A program made the translations under genes and the position numbers. Source: Acidobacteriota bacterium (GTDB taxonomy: Bacteria; Acidobacteriota; Thermoanaerobaculia; Multivoradales; J023). Taken from it: a stretch of 64,000 nt of DNA. Shown here piece after piece: positions 1 through 9,887 of the stretch. The notes beneath the pieces are model-generated. The model saw only the letters and a program-made list of their open reading frames with translations. It did not search any database and had not been told where the DNA came from. The DNA lies in NCBI GenBank assembly GCA_029263395.1, contig JAJCXO010000184.1:39838-103837 (forward strand). Reading direction: 5' to 3'. The stretch's first letter is position 1, and each line of letters begins with the position of its first letter.

Positions 1-2315
1 TGCGGGTCCAAGGCCTCCGCAACATTTCCCCGATCGTAGAAGCTACGGTGGCAGCGGCGGACGACTCAGGGCGTACGTTCCAGCTCCTTGGCATCGATCT
101 TTTTGTCGACCCCCAGCTGCGCTCCTTCACTCCAAGGTTCGACAACAGCGGTGATCCAGCCGCCTTTCTGACCCGACCAGGGGGCACCTACCTCGGCCGC
201 GAGCTGGCGCAACAGCTCAACCTCGCCCCTGGTGACCATCTCGAGATCCGTGCGGCGGGCGTCCAGCGTGAACTCGAGGTCATTGGGCTCTTGGCGCCCC
301 CGGACCAACTCTCGCGCCAGGCCTTGAGAGACTTGCTGATCGTCGACATTTCCTCAGCGCAAGAGATCTTGGAGAAGGAGGGATACCTCAGCCGTATCGA
401 CCTCATCCTGCCAACTGATAATACGTTGGCCAAACGAGAGGCGGAGTTGGCGACTCAGCTACCAGCCGGAGTCGAGTTACAGTCCAAGTCAGCGCGCGCT
501 GGTGCGCTGGATCAGATGACTCGAGCGTTTCGCCTAAACCTCAGCGCTCTGAGCCTTCTCGCGCTGCTGGTTGGGATGTTCCTGATCTACAACACGATGA
601 CGTTTTCAGTCGTCCAGCGCCGTGCATTGATCGGGACCTTGCGTGCCTTGGGAGTCACCCGACGCCAGGTCTTCTCGCTGATCGCAGCCGAAGCACTGGT
701 GATCGGAGCCACTGGTTCAGCGTTGGGTATTGCTGCAGGCATAGTGCTCGCGCAAGGTTTGTTGACACTGGTCGCCCAAACTATCAACGACCTCTACTTC
801 GCGGTCTCTGTAACTTCGGTCGTGATCCCGACGAGCGGCTGGCTCAAAGGAGCGCTCCTGGGTGTTGGTGGGACCCTGCTGGCATGCCTGAAGCCGGCGA
901 GCGAAGCGACCTCCGCTCCACCTCGGCAGGTACTTGCCCGCTCGGAACTGGAACAGAAGGCACGCCGCGAAGTCACACAAGCCGCTGCAATCGGTAGCGG
1001 TCTACTGCTGATGTCGGCAGTGCTGGTGGCACTACCGTCCAAGAACTTGGTGTTGAGTTTCGCCGCCTTGTTCTTGTTTGTCATCGGTTTCGCCGCTTTG
1101 GTGCCTAGTGCCACCCTGGGTATGCTGCGGTTACTCAAGACACCGATGCGACACGGGTTCGGTTTGCTCGGTGTAATGGCGACCCGGGGCGTCGCGACCA
1201 CTTTGAGCCGGACCGGGGTGGCGATCGCGGCACTTGTCATCGCCGTCTCGGTCACGATCGGCGTTGGGGTGATGGTCGCCAGCTTCCGGTCGACCCTGAT
1301 CGAGTGGTTGGAGATCACATTGGCGGCGGACATCTACGTCGCACCGGCTGATCCAGGATCTCGCGGTGGCGCCAAGACGCTAGATCCCACGATGCTGTGG
1401 ACCATCGAAGCGGATCCGCGAGTCGCTTTCGCGAGCACGATACGACGGGTCAGGGTGAACTCACCGCTAGGTCCCGTCCTGGTCGGTGCGTTAAAGACCG
1501 AAAAGCTGGGTTTTACCGCTTATCGCTTCGCGCAAGGCGACCCCGACGACGCATGGCAACGCTTCCAGCATGAGGAGGCGGCGATCATCTCGGAATCGTT
1601 CGCTTATCACAAGGATCTCCAGATCGGTTCCACCGTCGAGCTATCGACCGACCGCGGGCCTGAGACGTTCGAGGTGGCGGGTGTCTATTACGACTACGGC
1701 TCCGACCAAGGCGTCGTCACCATGAGTCGGGCAACCTACAATCGTTATTGGGATGATCCTGCCATCTTTTCAATTGGGATTTTCACCCAACCTGGTGTCG
1801 ATCGAGAACGATTGATTGAGGACCTCAGGGGTAGGCTCGGGTTGCAAGAAAATGTGCGCTGGGTTTCCAACCGTGACCTGAGAGAAGCATCGTTGGAGAT
1901 CTTCGATCGGACGTTTGTGATTACCGAGGTACTGCGCTTACTCGCGGTTGTTGTCGCTTTCATCGGCGTACTGACCGCCTTGATGGCCTTGCAGTTGGAG
2001 CGGGCCCGAGAGTTCGGAGTGTTGCGCGCCAGTGGCCTGACACCCCGTCAAGTGTGGGGCCTGGTGACGGCACAGTGTGGCTTGATGGGGTGGGTGGCAG
2101 GGGTGCTCTCCCTGCCTCTTGGATCAGGCCTCGCGGTCCTCCTGATCCACATCATCAATCGTCGCTCTTTCGGCTGGACTCTGCAGATGGAGCTGCCATT
2201 GATGGTCTTGTTACAAGCCCTGGCGTTGGCGCTGGGAGCCGCCCTGATGGCTGGACTCTACCCAGCATTTCGGTTGTCCCGGGCCTCACCAGCCTTGGCG
2301 TTGAGGGAAGAATGA
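1..2315 (+). CDS. ABC transporter permease, FtsX family (MacB/AttF-G-like), 5'-partial
   Basis: The ORF track lists 48..2315, but the frame stays open to position 3 upstream, so the gene starts before the window. The product is very hydrophobic with FtsX-like TM segments (LIGTLRALGVTRRQVFSLI..., and again LRASGLTPRQVWGLV... near the C-terminus). That is two permease repeats, typical of about 800-aa LolE/MacB/AttFG-type permeases. Its stop overlaps the next start (ATGA). Confidence 0.8.
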   Translation, partial: RVQGLRNISPIVEATVAAADDSGRTFQLLGIDLFVDPQLRSFTPRFDNSGDPAAFLTRPGGTYLGRELAQQLNLAPGDHLEIRAAGVQRELEVIGLLAPPDQLSRQALRDLLIVDISSAQEILEKEGYLSRIDLILPTDNTLAKREAELATQLPAGVELQSKSARAGALDQMTRAFRLNLSALSLLALLVGMFLIYNTMTFSVVQRRALIGTLRALGVTRRQVFSLIAAEALVIGATGSALGIAAGIVLAQGLLTLVAQTINDLYFAVSVTSVVIPTSGWLKGALLGVGGTLLACLKPASEATSAPPRQVLARSELEQKARREVTQAAAIGSGLLLMSAVLVALPSKNLVLSFAALFLFVIGFAALVPSATLGMLRLLKTPMRHGFGLLGVMATRGVATTLSRTGVAIAALVIAVSVTIGVGVMVASFRSTLIEWLEITLAADIYVAPADPGSRGGAKTLDPTMLWTIEADPRVAFASTIRRVRVNSPLGPVLVGALKTEKLGFTAYRFAQGDPDDAWQRFQHEEAAIISESFAYHKDLQIGSTVELSTDRGPETFEVAGVYYDYGSDQGVVTMSRATYNRYWDDPAIFSIGIFTQPGVDRERLIEDLRGRLGLQENVRWVSNRDLREASLEIFDRTFVITEVLRLLAVVVAFIGVLTALMALQLERAREFGVLRASGLTPRQVWGLVTAQCGLMGWVAGVLSLPLGSGLAVLLIHIINRRSFGWTLQMELPLMVLLQALALALGAALMAGLYPAFRLSRASPALALREE

Positions 2316-3481
2316 GACACATCGCGATACGTTGGCGGACCTTCGGCTTGATCTGCGTCCTACTCTCCGGTTGTGACGACGGATCACTGCCCCCAACCAC
2401 GACAACAACCACTTCGCCTCCACCAGCTTCTGCAGTCGAAACGATGGCTGGCGGTGACACCGCCGGCTACCGAGCAGCCATCGAACCGCGTGAGTTCATC
2501 TTCCCGAGCGACCATGGTCCGCACCCAGACTTCAGATCCGAGTGGTGGTACTTCACAGGCCACTTGGAATCCGACGATGGCGAACGATTCGGTTATCAAC
2601 TGACGTTCTTTAGGCAAGCTCTAGCTCCACAGGCTCAGACCCGCTCGTCCTCATGGGCCACTCGCCAGTTGTATTTGGCACACTTTGCTCTCACCGACGT
2701 CGAGGCTGATGTCTTCCACAGCTTCGAGCGATTGAGTCGCGGCGCGGCAGGATTGGCCGGCGCTGGTGGCAATCGACCTTTTCGAGTCTGGGTGGAGGAC
2801 TGGTCTGCGGAATCGATAGGTGTCGAGGCATTTCCGCTTCGCCTTCGAGCCACTTCGCGGGAGTCGCCGACAATTGCACTTGACCTGACGCTCGAAAAGC
2901 ACAAGCCCGTGGTGCTACAAGGTGACCGGGGCCTCAGCCAGAAGGGCGAAGGTGCCGGGGATGCCTCTTATTACTACTCGCTGACTCGGATAGCGGCTCG
3001 CGGCACCATCAGACTAGGTGATCGCTCGGTGCCTGTTACGGGCATCAGTTGGCTCGACCGGGAATGGTCGACGAGTGCTCTTGGGAAAGGCCAAATAGGT
3101 TGGGATTGGTTCTCGATTCAGCTTGACGACCAACGCGAGTTGATGTTGTTTCAGCTGCGCAGAGCTGATGGCAGCATCGATCCGATCAGCCATGGTGTTT
3201 TGGTAGCAGTGGACGGATCTACTCGATCACTTAGGTACCAAGACTACTCGATCGAAGTGACTGCTACGTGGCGCAGTAGACATGGCACTGTCTACCCGTC
3301 CGGCTGGCTCCTAAACATCCCGACGGCCTCATTGGCTCTCGAACTCGCCCCCCTAGTAGCTGATCAGGAGCTCGATGTGTCCTTCCGCTACTGGGAAGGA
3401 GCCGTGTCGGTTGGTGGTACTGAGAACGACAAACCGGTGAGAGGCCTCGGCTACGTCGAATTAGTCGGCTACGCAGAGTAG
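2312..3481 (+). CDS. AttH-like lipoprotein (CrtC/hydroxyneurosporene-synthase-like, lipocalin-like domain)
   Basis: The track ORF 2054..3481 runs in the same frame. ATG at 2312 overlaps the upstream TGA. The N-terminus MRHIAIRWRTFGLICVLLSGC is a lipoprotein signal with a lipobox. The motif FIFPSDHGPHPDFRSEWWYFTGHL is the hallmark N-terminal motif of the AttH/CrtC family. The classic attEFGH gene order supports the call. Confidence 0.7.
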   Translation: MRHIAIRWRTFGLICVLLSGCDDGSLPPTTTTTTSPPPASAVETMAGGDTAGYRAAIEPREFIFPSDHGPHPDFRSEWWYFTGHLESDDGERFGYQLTFFRQALAPQAQTRSSSWATRQLYLAHFALTDVEADVFHSFERLSRGAAGLAGAGGNRPFRVWVEDWSAESIGVEAFPLRLRATSRESPTIALDLTLEKHKPVVLQGDRGLSQKGEGAGDASYYYSLTRIAARGTIRLGDRSVPVTGISWLDREWSTSALGKGQIGWDWFSIQLDDQRELMLFQLRRADGSIDPISHGVLVAVDGSTRSLRYQDYSIEVTATWRSRHGTVYPSGWLLNIPTASLALELAPLVADQELDVSFRYWEGAVSVGGTENDKPVRGLGYVELVGYAE

Positions 3482-3941
3482 TCGACTACGCAAGGCAGGC
3501 GGCTCCGCAATGCAGGCGGCTGCGCTGGTTGCGACCGGCGGCCACCAACCGTACAATCGGGCTCAGGTTGACGGATCGGTTAGCCGTAAACCGTCCTCGT
3601 TCAACCGGCCGTGTTACAATTGAGATCGGCGGATACATTGTTCCAGTCTCCGGCAGCAGCTGGACGCCCTTGCAAGGATTTGCCCATAGTGGCATTTTCT
3701 TGTCAGGATTTAGTGTATCCAAGGGTAAGTTTTGTCCATGAGGTCAGGTTCGGTCGAGCCTGCTTCTTACCGAGATGCTTCGGCAGATGGCCTAATCTGG
3801 GCCCTGCCAGGGCAGACGTTCATCATCGGAAGGAGCATTCGACGGAACGGTACCTAGCGGACAAGACCAAACTCACGGGGCGAGAAACCAGTCAGTGACG
3901 TCGACGTCAAGCAACGATCTTTAAGCCGCCCGGGAGAATCC

Positions 3942-5069
3942 ATGGACCGAAGAAAATTTGTTCAGCAGAGTATGTTGGGCGTCGCTGCCGTTGGAGCTGC
4001 CGCTTGTGGCTCAAACTCAGACGGTGACTCGACCGCAGACGGTGGCGCTCCGGCAGTCCACACCCAGAAGTCCGTAACCTGGAGGCTTGCTTCGAGCTTC
4101 CCACGCAGCTTAGACACTATTTACGGTAGCGCTGAAGTGCTGGCCGAACGCCTCGAGGCCATGTCCGAGGGGAGGTTTCGCCTCAGGTGCTATCCAGCGG
4201 GAGAAATTGTACCCGCGGACCGGGTGATGGACGCTGCCCAACAAGGCACCGTCCAGATTGGCCACACTGCTAGCTACTACTTTATCGGCAAGAATCCCGC
4301 CCTTGCTTTCGACTGCTGCGTTCCCTTCGGCCTGACAGCACGTCAACAGACCGCTTGGCTGGTCGAAGGCGGCGGTCTGGATCTGATGCGGAGTCTATTT
4401 GCTGACTTCAATCTCACCACCTTCCCAGCTGGCAACACTGGTTCCCAGATGGGAGGTTGGTTCCGGCGCGAGATCAACACTGCGGCAGATCTCCAAGGCC
4501 TCAGAATGCGGATCCCCGGTCTCGGCGGTGAAGTGATGAGTCGCCTCGGAGTCACGGTGCAAATGTTCGCTGGTGGTGAGATCTATCCAGCTCTCGAACG
4601 CGGCGCAATCGATGCTACCGAGTGGGTCGGCCCTTATGACGACGAAAAGCTAGGATTCCACAAAGTCGCCAAGTACTACTACTACCCAGGCTGGTGGGAG
4701 CCTGGGCCTTCGCTGTCTTACCAAGTCAACCTCGACGCCTGGGGCAAGTTGCCTAAGGCGTACCAGGAGATGTTCACCACAGCCGCCAGCGAATCAGCGA
4801 CGGTCATGCAGGCCAGATACGATCAGAGAAATCCAGCAGCCTTGTCTCGGTTGCTGACACAGGGTGTTGAGCTGCGCCCGTTCTCTGACGATCTCCTGCG
4901 TGCCGCCCGCAGCGCTTCTCTCGACATGCAAGAAGAGCAAGCCGCTGCCGATCCGACGTACCGCAAGATATACGAGACGTGGAAGTCGGTTCGCCGCGAC
5001 GCCTACCGTTGGTTCGGCACCGCGGAGTTGGCATACGCCCGCTTCGCATTCGAAGAGGAAGGAAAGTGA
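3942..5069 (+). CDS. dctP: TRAP transporter substrate-binding protein (DctP family)
   Basis: Twin-arginine signal (MDRRKFVQQSMLGVAAVGAAA). DctP-family motifs are present (WRLASSFP, PADRVMDAAQQGTVQ, EIYPALERGAIDATEW). DctQM genes lie divergent just downstream. Confidence 0.85.
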   Translation: MDRRKFVQQSMLGVAAVGAAACGSNSDGDSTADGGAPAVHTQKSVTWRLASSFPRSLDTIYGSAEVLAERLEAMSEGRFRLRCYPAGEIVPADRVMDAAQQGTVQIGHTASYYFIGKNPALAFDCCVPFGLTARQQTAWLVEGGGLDLMRSLFADFNLTTFPAGNTGSQMGGWFRREINTAADLQGLRMRIPGLGGEVMSRLGVTVQMFAGGEIYPALERGAIDATEWVGPYDDEKLGFHKVAKYYYYPGWWEPGPSLSYQVNLDAWGKLPKAYQEMFTTAASESATVMQARYDQRNPAALSRLLTQGVELRPFSDDLLRAARSASLDMQEEQAAADPTYRKIYETWKSVRRDAYRWFGTAELAYARFAFEEEGK

Positions 5070-5073
5070 TTAG

Positions 5074-5910
5074 ATGACACTCGTTCAATCGACCTCCAAG
5101 GTCGGCGTCTACTGCGACGTAGCAAATATGTACCGCAATGGCGGACAACGAATGCAATACGACAAGCTGCGTGAGTTCGCCTGCCGTGACTTTGCCGAGC
5201 CAGTGAGGCTCAATGCCTACGTCACCTTCGACGCGGAACGAGCGAAGACCGATTACACCTATCGCGACGGTGCCCGTAGTTTCCACTCCAAACTGAGAGA
5301 CTACGGTTACAAGGTGATCGTCAAGGAAATCAACTGGTATCGCGACGAATCAGGCAATCGCTACGGTAAGGCAGACGCCGATCTCGATCTAGCGGTTGAT
5401 GCCCTCCTGCAGTCCGAAAATCTGCACCGAGTCTTGATCGCTTCGGGTGACGGCGACTTTGTCAACGTGGTACGAGCCCTACAGAACAAGGGCTGCCGCG
5501 TCGAGATCGTCTCTCTAGACAACAGCTCTCACTTGTTACAGCAAGAGGCAGATCTGTGCATCTCGGGCTATTTGATCCCCAACCTGATTCCCCACAGCCG
5601 TGGGCCACAACGTCTCGAATGGGGTGAGATTGGTTCGCGGGTGCGTGGCTGGTGCTATTGGCATGAGGCCGAGCGCGGCTTTGGATATGTGCGATTCCTC
5701 AAACAGATTAGTGATGGCCTGTGGTTTACCGACGCTCGGCATCCCGAATCGCCATACGGTACCGCCTTCTTCCACGATTCGAATCTGCCCTCTGTGGTCC
5801 GCCCAGCATCGTTACCCAGCCGTCGCCTGGTACTCGAATTTGAGCTCGCCCCATCCGACAAATCGGACGGCTTACAGGCTCTCGATATCGAAATGATCAG
5901 CAAGGGCTAA
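5074..5910 (+). CDS. NYN (LabA-like PIN-fold) domain protein with C-terminal cold-shock (CSD/OB) domain
   Basis: The N-terminus VGVYCDVANMYRN...DADLDLAVDAL...LIASGDGDFVNVVRAL matches NYN/LabA catalytic motifs. The C-terminus GWCYWHEAERGFGYVRF...GTAFFHDSNL...LVLEFEL is CSD-like. It starts 4 nt after dctP. Confidence 0.6.
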   Translation: MTLVQSTSKVGVYCDVANMYRNGGQRMQYDKLREFACRDFAEPVRLNAYVTFDAERAKTDYTYRDGARSFHSKLRDYGYKVIVKEINWYRDESGNRYGKADADLDLAVDALLQSENLHRVLIASGDGDFVNVVRALQNKGCRVEIVSLDNSSHLLQQEADLCISGYLIPNLIPHSRGPQRLEWGEIGSRVRGWCYWHEAERGFGYVRFLKQISDGLWFTDARHPESPYGTAFFHDSNLPSVVRPASLPSRRLVLEFELAPSDKSDGLQALDIEMISKG

Positions 5911-5943
5911 CGGCGAAGCCGCTGACGCCTAAGCCACGCCCCT

Positions 5944-7266
5944 TCAGTCCAATAATCCCGTCACTAATGATGGGAAGACAATGATCAGGATCAGCCCGAT
6001 CAACTGAATGGCGATAAACGGCAGCGCTCCGCGGTAGATCTGGACGGTGCTGACCTCTTTTGGAGCAACGCCCCGGAGGTAGAACAGGGCGAAGCCAAAA
6101 GGTGGCGTCAAGAACGATGTCTGCAGATTGACGCCGAGCATCACCCCGAACCACACCATGTCGATGCCCAACAATTGGGCCGCTGGTGCAACCAGCGGGA
6201 TGATGATGAAGGCGATTTCGAAGAAGTCGATAAAAAAGCCCAGGATGAAAATCGACACATTGGCGACAACCAGCAGACCAATCTTGCCACCGGGAAGCCC
6301 GGTCAACAGATCCTCAATCCAGAAATCGCCTCCCAAGCCTCGGAAGACCAAAGCGAAGGCGGTTGAGCCGATGAGCAGAAACAGCACCATTGAGGTCAGC
6401 TTGGTGGTTTCGTCCATCGTCGCACGCAGCGCCTTGAGAGTCAGGCGACGGTGGCTGACGGCGAGCAGTATCGCCCCCAAGGCCCCCAAAGCACCCGCCT
6501 CGGTCGGCGTCGCAACACCGGCGAAGATACTTCCGAGAACTAGCAGAATCAGGACCAACGGTGGGATCAGCACCCACACGACCTGCCCGAGCAGCTCCAT
6601 TGAGGTCTGATTGCGTTCGTCAGCAGGTAAGGCAGGAGCTGCCGCCGGGTTGAACAGCGCAACACCAGCTACGTAGAGCGCATAGAGCCCAGCCAACAGG
6701 ATGCCCGGCAGGAGAGAGCCTACGAACAGATCCCCAACCGAAATGCCAAGTTGATCGGCTAGGACCACCAAGACAACACTTGGTGGGATAATCTGCCCCA
6801 GGGTACCGGCAGCACAAATGACCCCGGTAGCCAGCTCGGTCGAATAGCCATAACGCAGCATGACTGGCAGCGAGATCAACCCCATGGCAACAACGGAGGC
6901 CCCAACGACGCCGGTTGCCGCCGCCAACAAGGCCCCCACGAAGACCACCGCCAGGGCCAGCCCTCCTCGCAGCGAGCCAAACAGCTTGCCGATGGTTTTC
7001 AGCAAATCCTCAGCCAGCTTTGCCTTCTCGAGCATCGTGCCCATGAAAATGAAGAATGGAACTGCGAGCAGAACAAAATTCGACATGATCCCGAAAATGC
7101 GCTCCGGCAGAGCGTACAACAGGGCCCAGTCCATGATCCCCAGATGGACTCCGAGAGCGGCAAAAAACAGGGCTGCCCCACCGAGGGCGAACGCCACCGG
7201 ATAGCCGGTAAAGATCAGTGCAAAAGCTCCGACGAACATCCACGGCGCTAGGTCTTCACCACTCAC
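5944..7266 (-). CDS. dctM: TRAP transporter large permease (DctM)
   Basis: 440-aa polytopic membrane protein with DctM-type motifs (FFIFMGTMLEKAKLAEDLL, MGLISLPVMLRYGY, DFFEIAFIIIPL). It overlaps dctQ by 4 nt. Confidence 0.9.
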   Translation of the reverse strand: MSGEDLAPWMFVGAFALIFTGYPVAFALGGAALFFAALGVHLGIMDWALLYALPERIFGIMSNFVLLAVPFFIFMGTMLEKAKLAEDLLKTIGKLFGSLRGGLALAVVFVGALLAAATGVVGASVVAMGLISLPVMLRYGYSTELATGVICAAGTLGQIIPPSVVLVVLADQLGISVGDLFVGSLLPGILLAGLYALYVAGVALFNPAAAPALPADERNQTSMELLGQVVWVLIPPLVLILLVLGSIFAGVATPTEAGALGALGAILLAVSHRRLTLKALRATMDETTKLTSMVLFLLIGSTAFALVFRGLGGDFWIEDLLTGLPGGKIGLLVVANVSIFILGFFIDFFEIAFIIIPLVAPAAQLLGIDMVWFGVMLGVNLQTSFLTPPFGFALFYLRGVAPKEVSTVQIYRGALPFIAIQLIGLILIIVFPSLVTGLLD

Positions 7267-7835
7267 AGATGAATCTCCGAAGCTGAATCACTCGGTGGCG
7301 GATCGCTCGAGCCACGTAGGATCGCTACCTGGCGTACGAGATGTGCCATACCTTGAAGGAGCAGCAGCCCAAACGCGATCAGTACAACCGTTTTGATCGG
7401 ATACCGCGCCAAACCACCGGGATCGGAAGACACCTCGCGAACCGCCCACGAATTCCGCACTGCCGGCCACGACACCCACAGGGTAAAAACTGTGAAAGGC
7501 ATCATCAAAACAATCGTGCCAATCAGATCAATCCAGGCTCGACCGCGATCGGTCAGTCGCCCATAAACCAAATCCACTCGCACGTGCGCATTCCGTTGAA
7601 AAGAGTACGAGGACCCCAACAGAAATACCAGGCTGAACAAGTACCACTGCATCTCGAGGTAAGCATTGGAGCTCAGGTTGCCACCCAGATTGCGTCCCAA
7701 ATAGCGGACAATGGCATTGTACGAGCCAATCAAAACCATCGCCAACGTTAGCCAAGCGACGCAGTTGCCGATTTTCTCGATCAGGCGATCAATGACCTGC
7801 GAGAATGCCAACCAGAAACTCATGGGGCGCTCCAC
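7263..7835 (-). CDS. dctQ: TRAP transporter small permease (DctQ)
   Basis: 190 aa with four TM segments, sitting directly upstream of and overlapping dctM. This is the typical DctQ size and topology. Confidence 0.8.
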   Translation of the reverse strand: MERPMSFWLAFSQVIDRLIEKIGNCVAWLTLAMVLIGSYNAIVRYLGRNLGGNLSSNAYLEMQWYLFSLVFLLGSSYSFQRNAHVRVDLVYGRLTDRGRAWIDLIGTIVLMMPFTVFTLWVSWPAVRNSWAVREVSSDPGGLARYPIKTVVLIAFGLLLLQGMAHLVRQVAILRGSSDPPPSDSASEIHL

Positions 7836-7962
7836 GATTGATGAATGTGCGAGGCTAGCATGAATACTCCACAGCTATTCGACGTACCTGTAAGAGATCA
7901 GTTCTTGGAACCCAAGTCCAGCCTTGGGGTAACACGCAGCCAACGACGACGGGAGAGCACCC

Positions 7963-8532
7963 ATGGAAACCACCATCCTGAGTATTGCGATCGGCTTGGG
8001 CCTCGCTGCCGCCTGCGGCTTCAGGATTTTTGTGCCACTGTTGATCATTAGTTTGGCCAGCCGCGGAGGCCATCTGGCCCTTACTGAGAGCTTTGAGTGG
8101 ATGGCCTCGACACCCGCGATGGTCGCGTTTGGTTGCGCGACACTGGTCGAGATTGCAGCCTATTACATTCCCTTCTTCGACAACCTCCTCGACACCATTG
8201 CTACGCCAAGCGCAGTCGTCGCCGGTGTTGTCGCCACCGGCTCGCAGGTAACCGATCTCGATCCTCTGCTCGGCTGGAGCGTCGCTATCATCGCTGGCGG
8301 CGGCGCGGCAGGGTCTATCCAAGGCCTGACCACGGTCACTCGTCAGTTCTCGTCCGTGGCAACCGCGGGATTCGGCAATCCGATTCTCTCCACTGTCGAA
8401 GCTGGCGCTTCCATCGGTATGACAGTCCTGGCCATCGTCCTGCCCTTCGTCGCTGCCATCGGGGTGCTGTTGATGCTGTTCATCGCGATGAAGAAGATCT
8501 TCTTTCGCTCTGCTCCAGAGGGCGCGAGCTAG
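7963..8532 (+). CDS. DUF4126 family membrane protein
   Basis: Gly/Ala-rich polytopic protein (LAAACGFRIFVPLLIISLA ... GWSVAIIAGGGAAGSIQG ... VLAIVLPFVAAIGVLLMLFIAMKK), characteristic of DUF4126. Confidence 0.65.
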   Translation: METTILSIAIGLGLAAACGFRIFVPLLIISLASRGGHLALTESFEWMASTPAMVAFGCATLVEIAAYYIPFFDNLLDTIATPSAVVAGVVATGSQVTDLDPLLGWSVAIIAGGGAAGSIQGLTTVTRQFSSVATAGFGNPILSTVEAGASIGMTVLAIVLPFVAAIGVLLMLFIAMKKIFFRSAPEGAS

Positions 8533-8870
8533 CTAGATCCCGTCTAACAACGCCGGTCGTCCTGTCGCCCCCTGTGGACTGCGCGCACCGCTGCGTAACT
8601 CGCCTCGGCGCCTTAGTATCCTACAACTCTATTGGTTACAATCGTTTGGTGAGCTAGGATTTGTTCTCTTGCTCATACATACTCGCTGCGTGCTCGCTCC
8701 ACAGGGGGCTCCCTTACAGAGCCGAAAATGGCAAAACGGGACGAATTTCCCTAGATCGATCAGAACGTTTTCGGGGCACCGAAGTCAGCTCGTATTTGCT
8801 AGAATCAAAGACGGTTGATGCGTCATCGATCCCAGCGTCATCACGTTGAGATCGCCACGGACGGACCCCG

Positions 8871-9884
8871 ATGAGCCAGACCCCGAGCCTCAAACGCCAG
8901 CTGCTGCGCCAGGCGGTGGCTGATAATGTCTCCACGCTTCGAGGCGAGCTACCGCCAAAGCCCCAGGCTGCGGAGATACCTAGACGCCAAGTTCCGGGGC
9001 GGCTGCTGGCATTGGCAGCTCTTCCCGTTGTCGTGGGAGGCATACTCTTGTTGCTGCGGAGTTCACCAACTGCGCAGGCCAATCCTCCAGCCGGCCTCAA
9101 CTCGGACTCTCTGCCCGCGGCAGTAGCCACACGACCAGCGGAAGAACGACGCTTCACCGCTCCGCCACAGCCTATAGATTCAGACGTCTTCCCGCTGGAA
9201 GTGCGTCGTATTGTGGTCGATCCGGGGCATGGTGGCGACGATCACGGTACCGTCGACAACGATCTGGTTGAAAAAGACTTGACACTGGACATCGCCGGAC
9301 GTTTGGCCCAGCTCTTGCGCAAAGACGGCTTCGAGGTCAATCTCACCCGTGAAGACGACCGCAAGCTCTCATTGAAAGAGCGCGCCGACATCGCCAACGG
9401 CCAGCATAGTGATCTTTTTATCTCGATTCATGTCAACTGGATGAGCACCCGTCAAGTCAGAGGAGTCGAAACCTACTTCCTTGGAACCACCGAAGATCCT
9501 GAGCTCAAAGAGCTTACGCGGCGGGAGAATCGAGAGTCCGGCTACTCATTGGCCGATATGAAGTACTTGCTGGAGGGGATTTATACAGGTGTCCGGCGAG
9601 ATGCATCACGACAATTTGCCGACCGGGTGCAGCGTTCGCTTTTCGGCTCGCTCAAGCGAGTTAATCCAACTCTTGAAAACCGGGGCGTCAAAACAGCCCC
9701 ATTCGTGGTATTAGTATCCACTGAGATGCCAGCCATTCTTGCGGAAGTCTCCTGCCTCTCCAATCGGGACGAGGCCAGGCTCCTTTCGCGCCCACTTTAC
9801 CGAGACGGCATTGCTGAAGCGCTGGCCAGGGGCATTCGAGGATATGCTGATGACGTCCATCAAACAGAGGAAAAAGGGAGCTGA
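8871..9884 (+). CDS. N-acetylmuramoyl-L-alanine amidase (Amidase_3, AmiC-like)
   Basis: The catalytic domain carries IVVDPGHGGDDHGTV...EKDLTLDIAGRL...DLFISIHVN...GVETYFLG and ...PAILAEVSCLSN. The N-terminus has a signal/TM segment plus a Pro/Ala-rich linker. Confidence 0.85.
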   Translation: MSQTPSLKRQLLRQAVADNVSTLRGELPPKPQAAEIPRRQVPGRLLALAALPVVVGGILLLLRSSPTAQANPPAGLNSDSLPAAVATRPAEERRFTAPPQPIDSDVFPLEVRRIVVDPGHGGDDHGTVDNDLVEKDLTLDIAGRLAQLLRKDGFEVNLTREDDRKLSLKERADIANGQHSDLFISIHVNWMSTRQVRGVETYFLGTTEDPELKELTRRENRESGYSLADMKYLLEGIYTGVRRDASRQFADRVQRSLFGSLKRVNPTLENRGVKTAPFVVLVSTEMPAILAEVSCLSNRDEARLLSRPLYRDGIAEALARGIRGYADDVHQTEEKGS

Positions 9885-9887
9885 GGC

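Noticed and set aside
4804-5286. 160-aa antisense ORF spanning the dctP / NYN junction
   Set aside because: It is antisense to two well-supported genes and has Arg/Gly-rich composition with no motif.
8097-8657. 186-aa Arg-rich ORF overlapping the DUF4126 gene in another frame
   Set aside because: This is the typical high-GC alternate-frame artefact (RRRR composition). The DUF4126 frame has coherent TM architecture.
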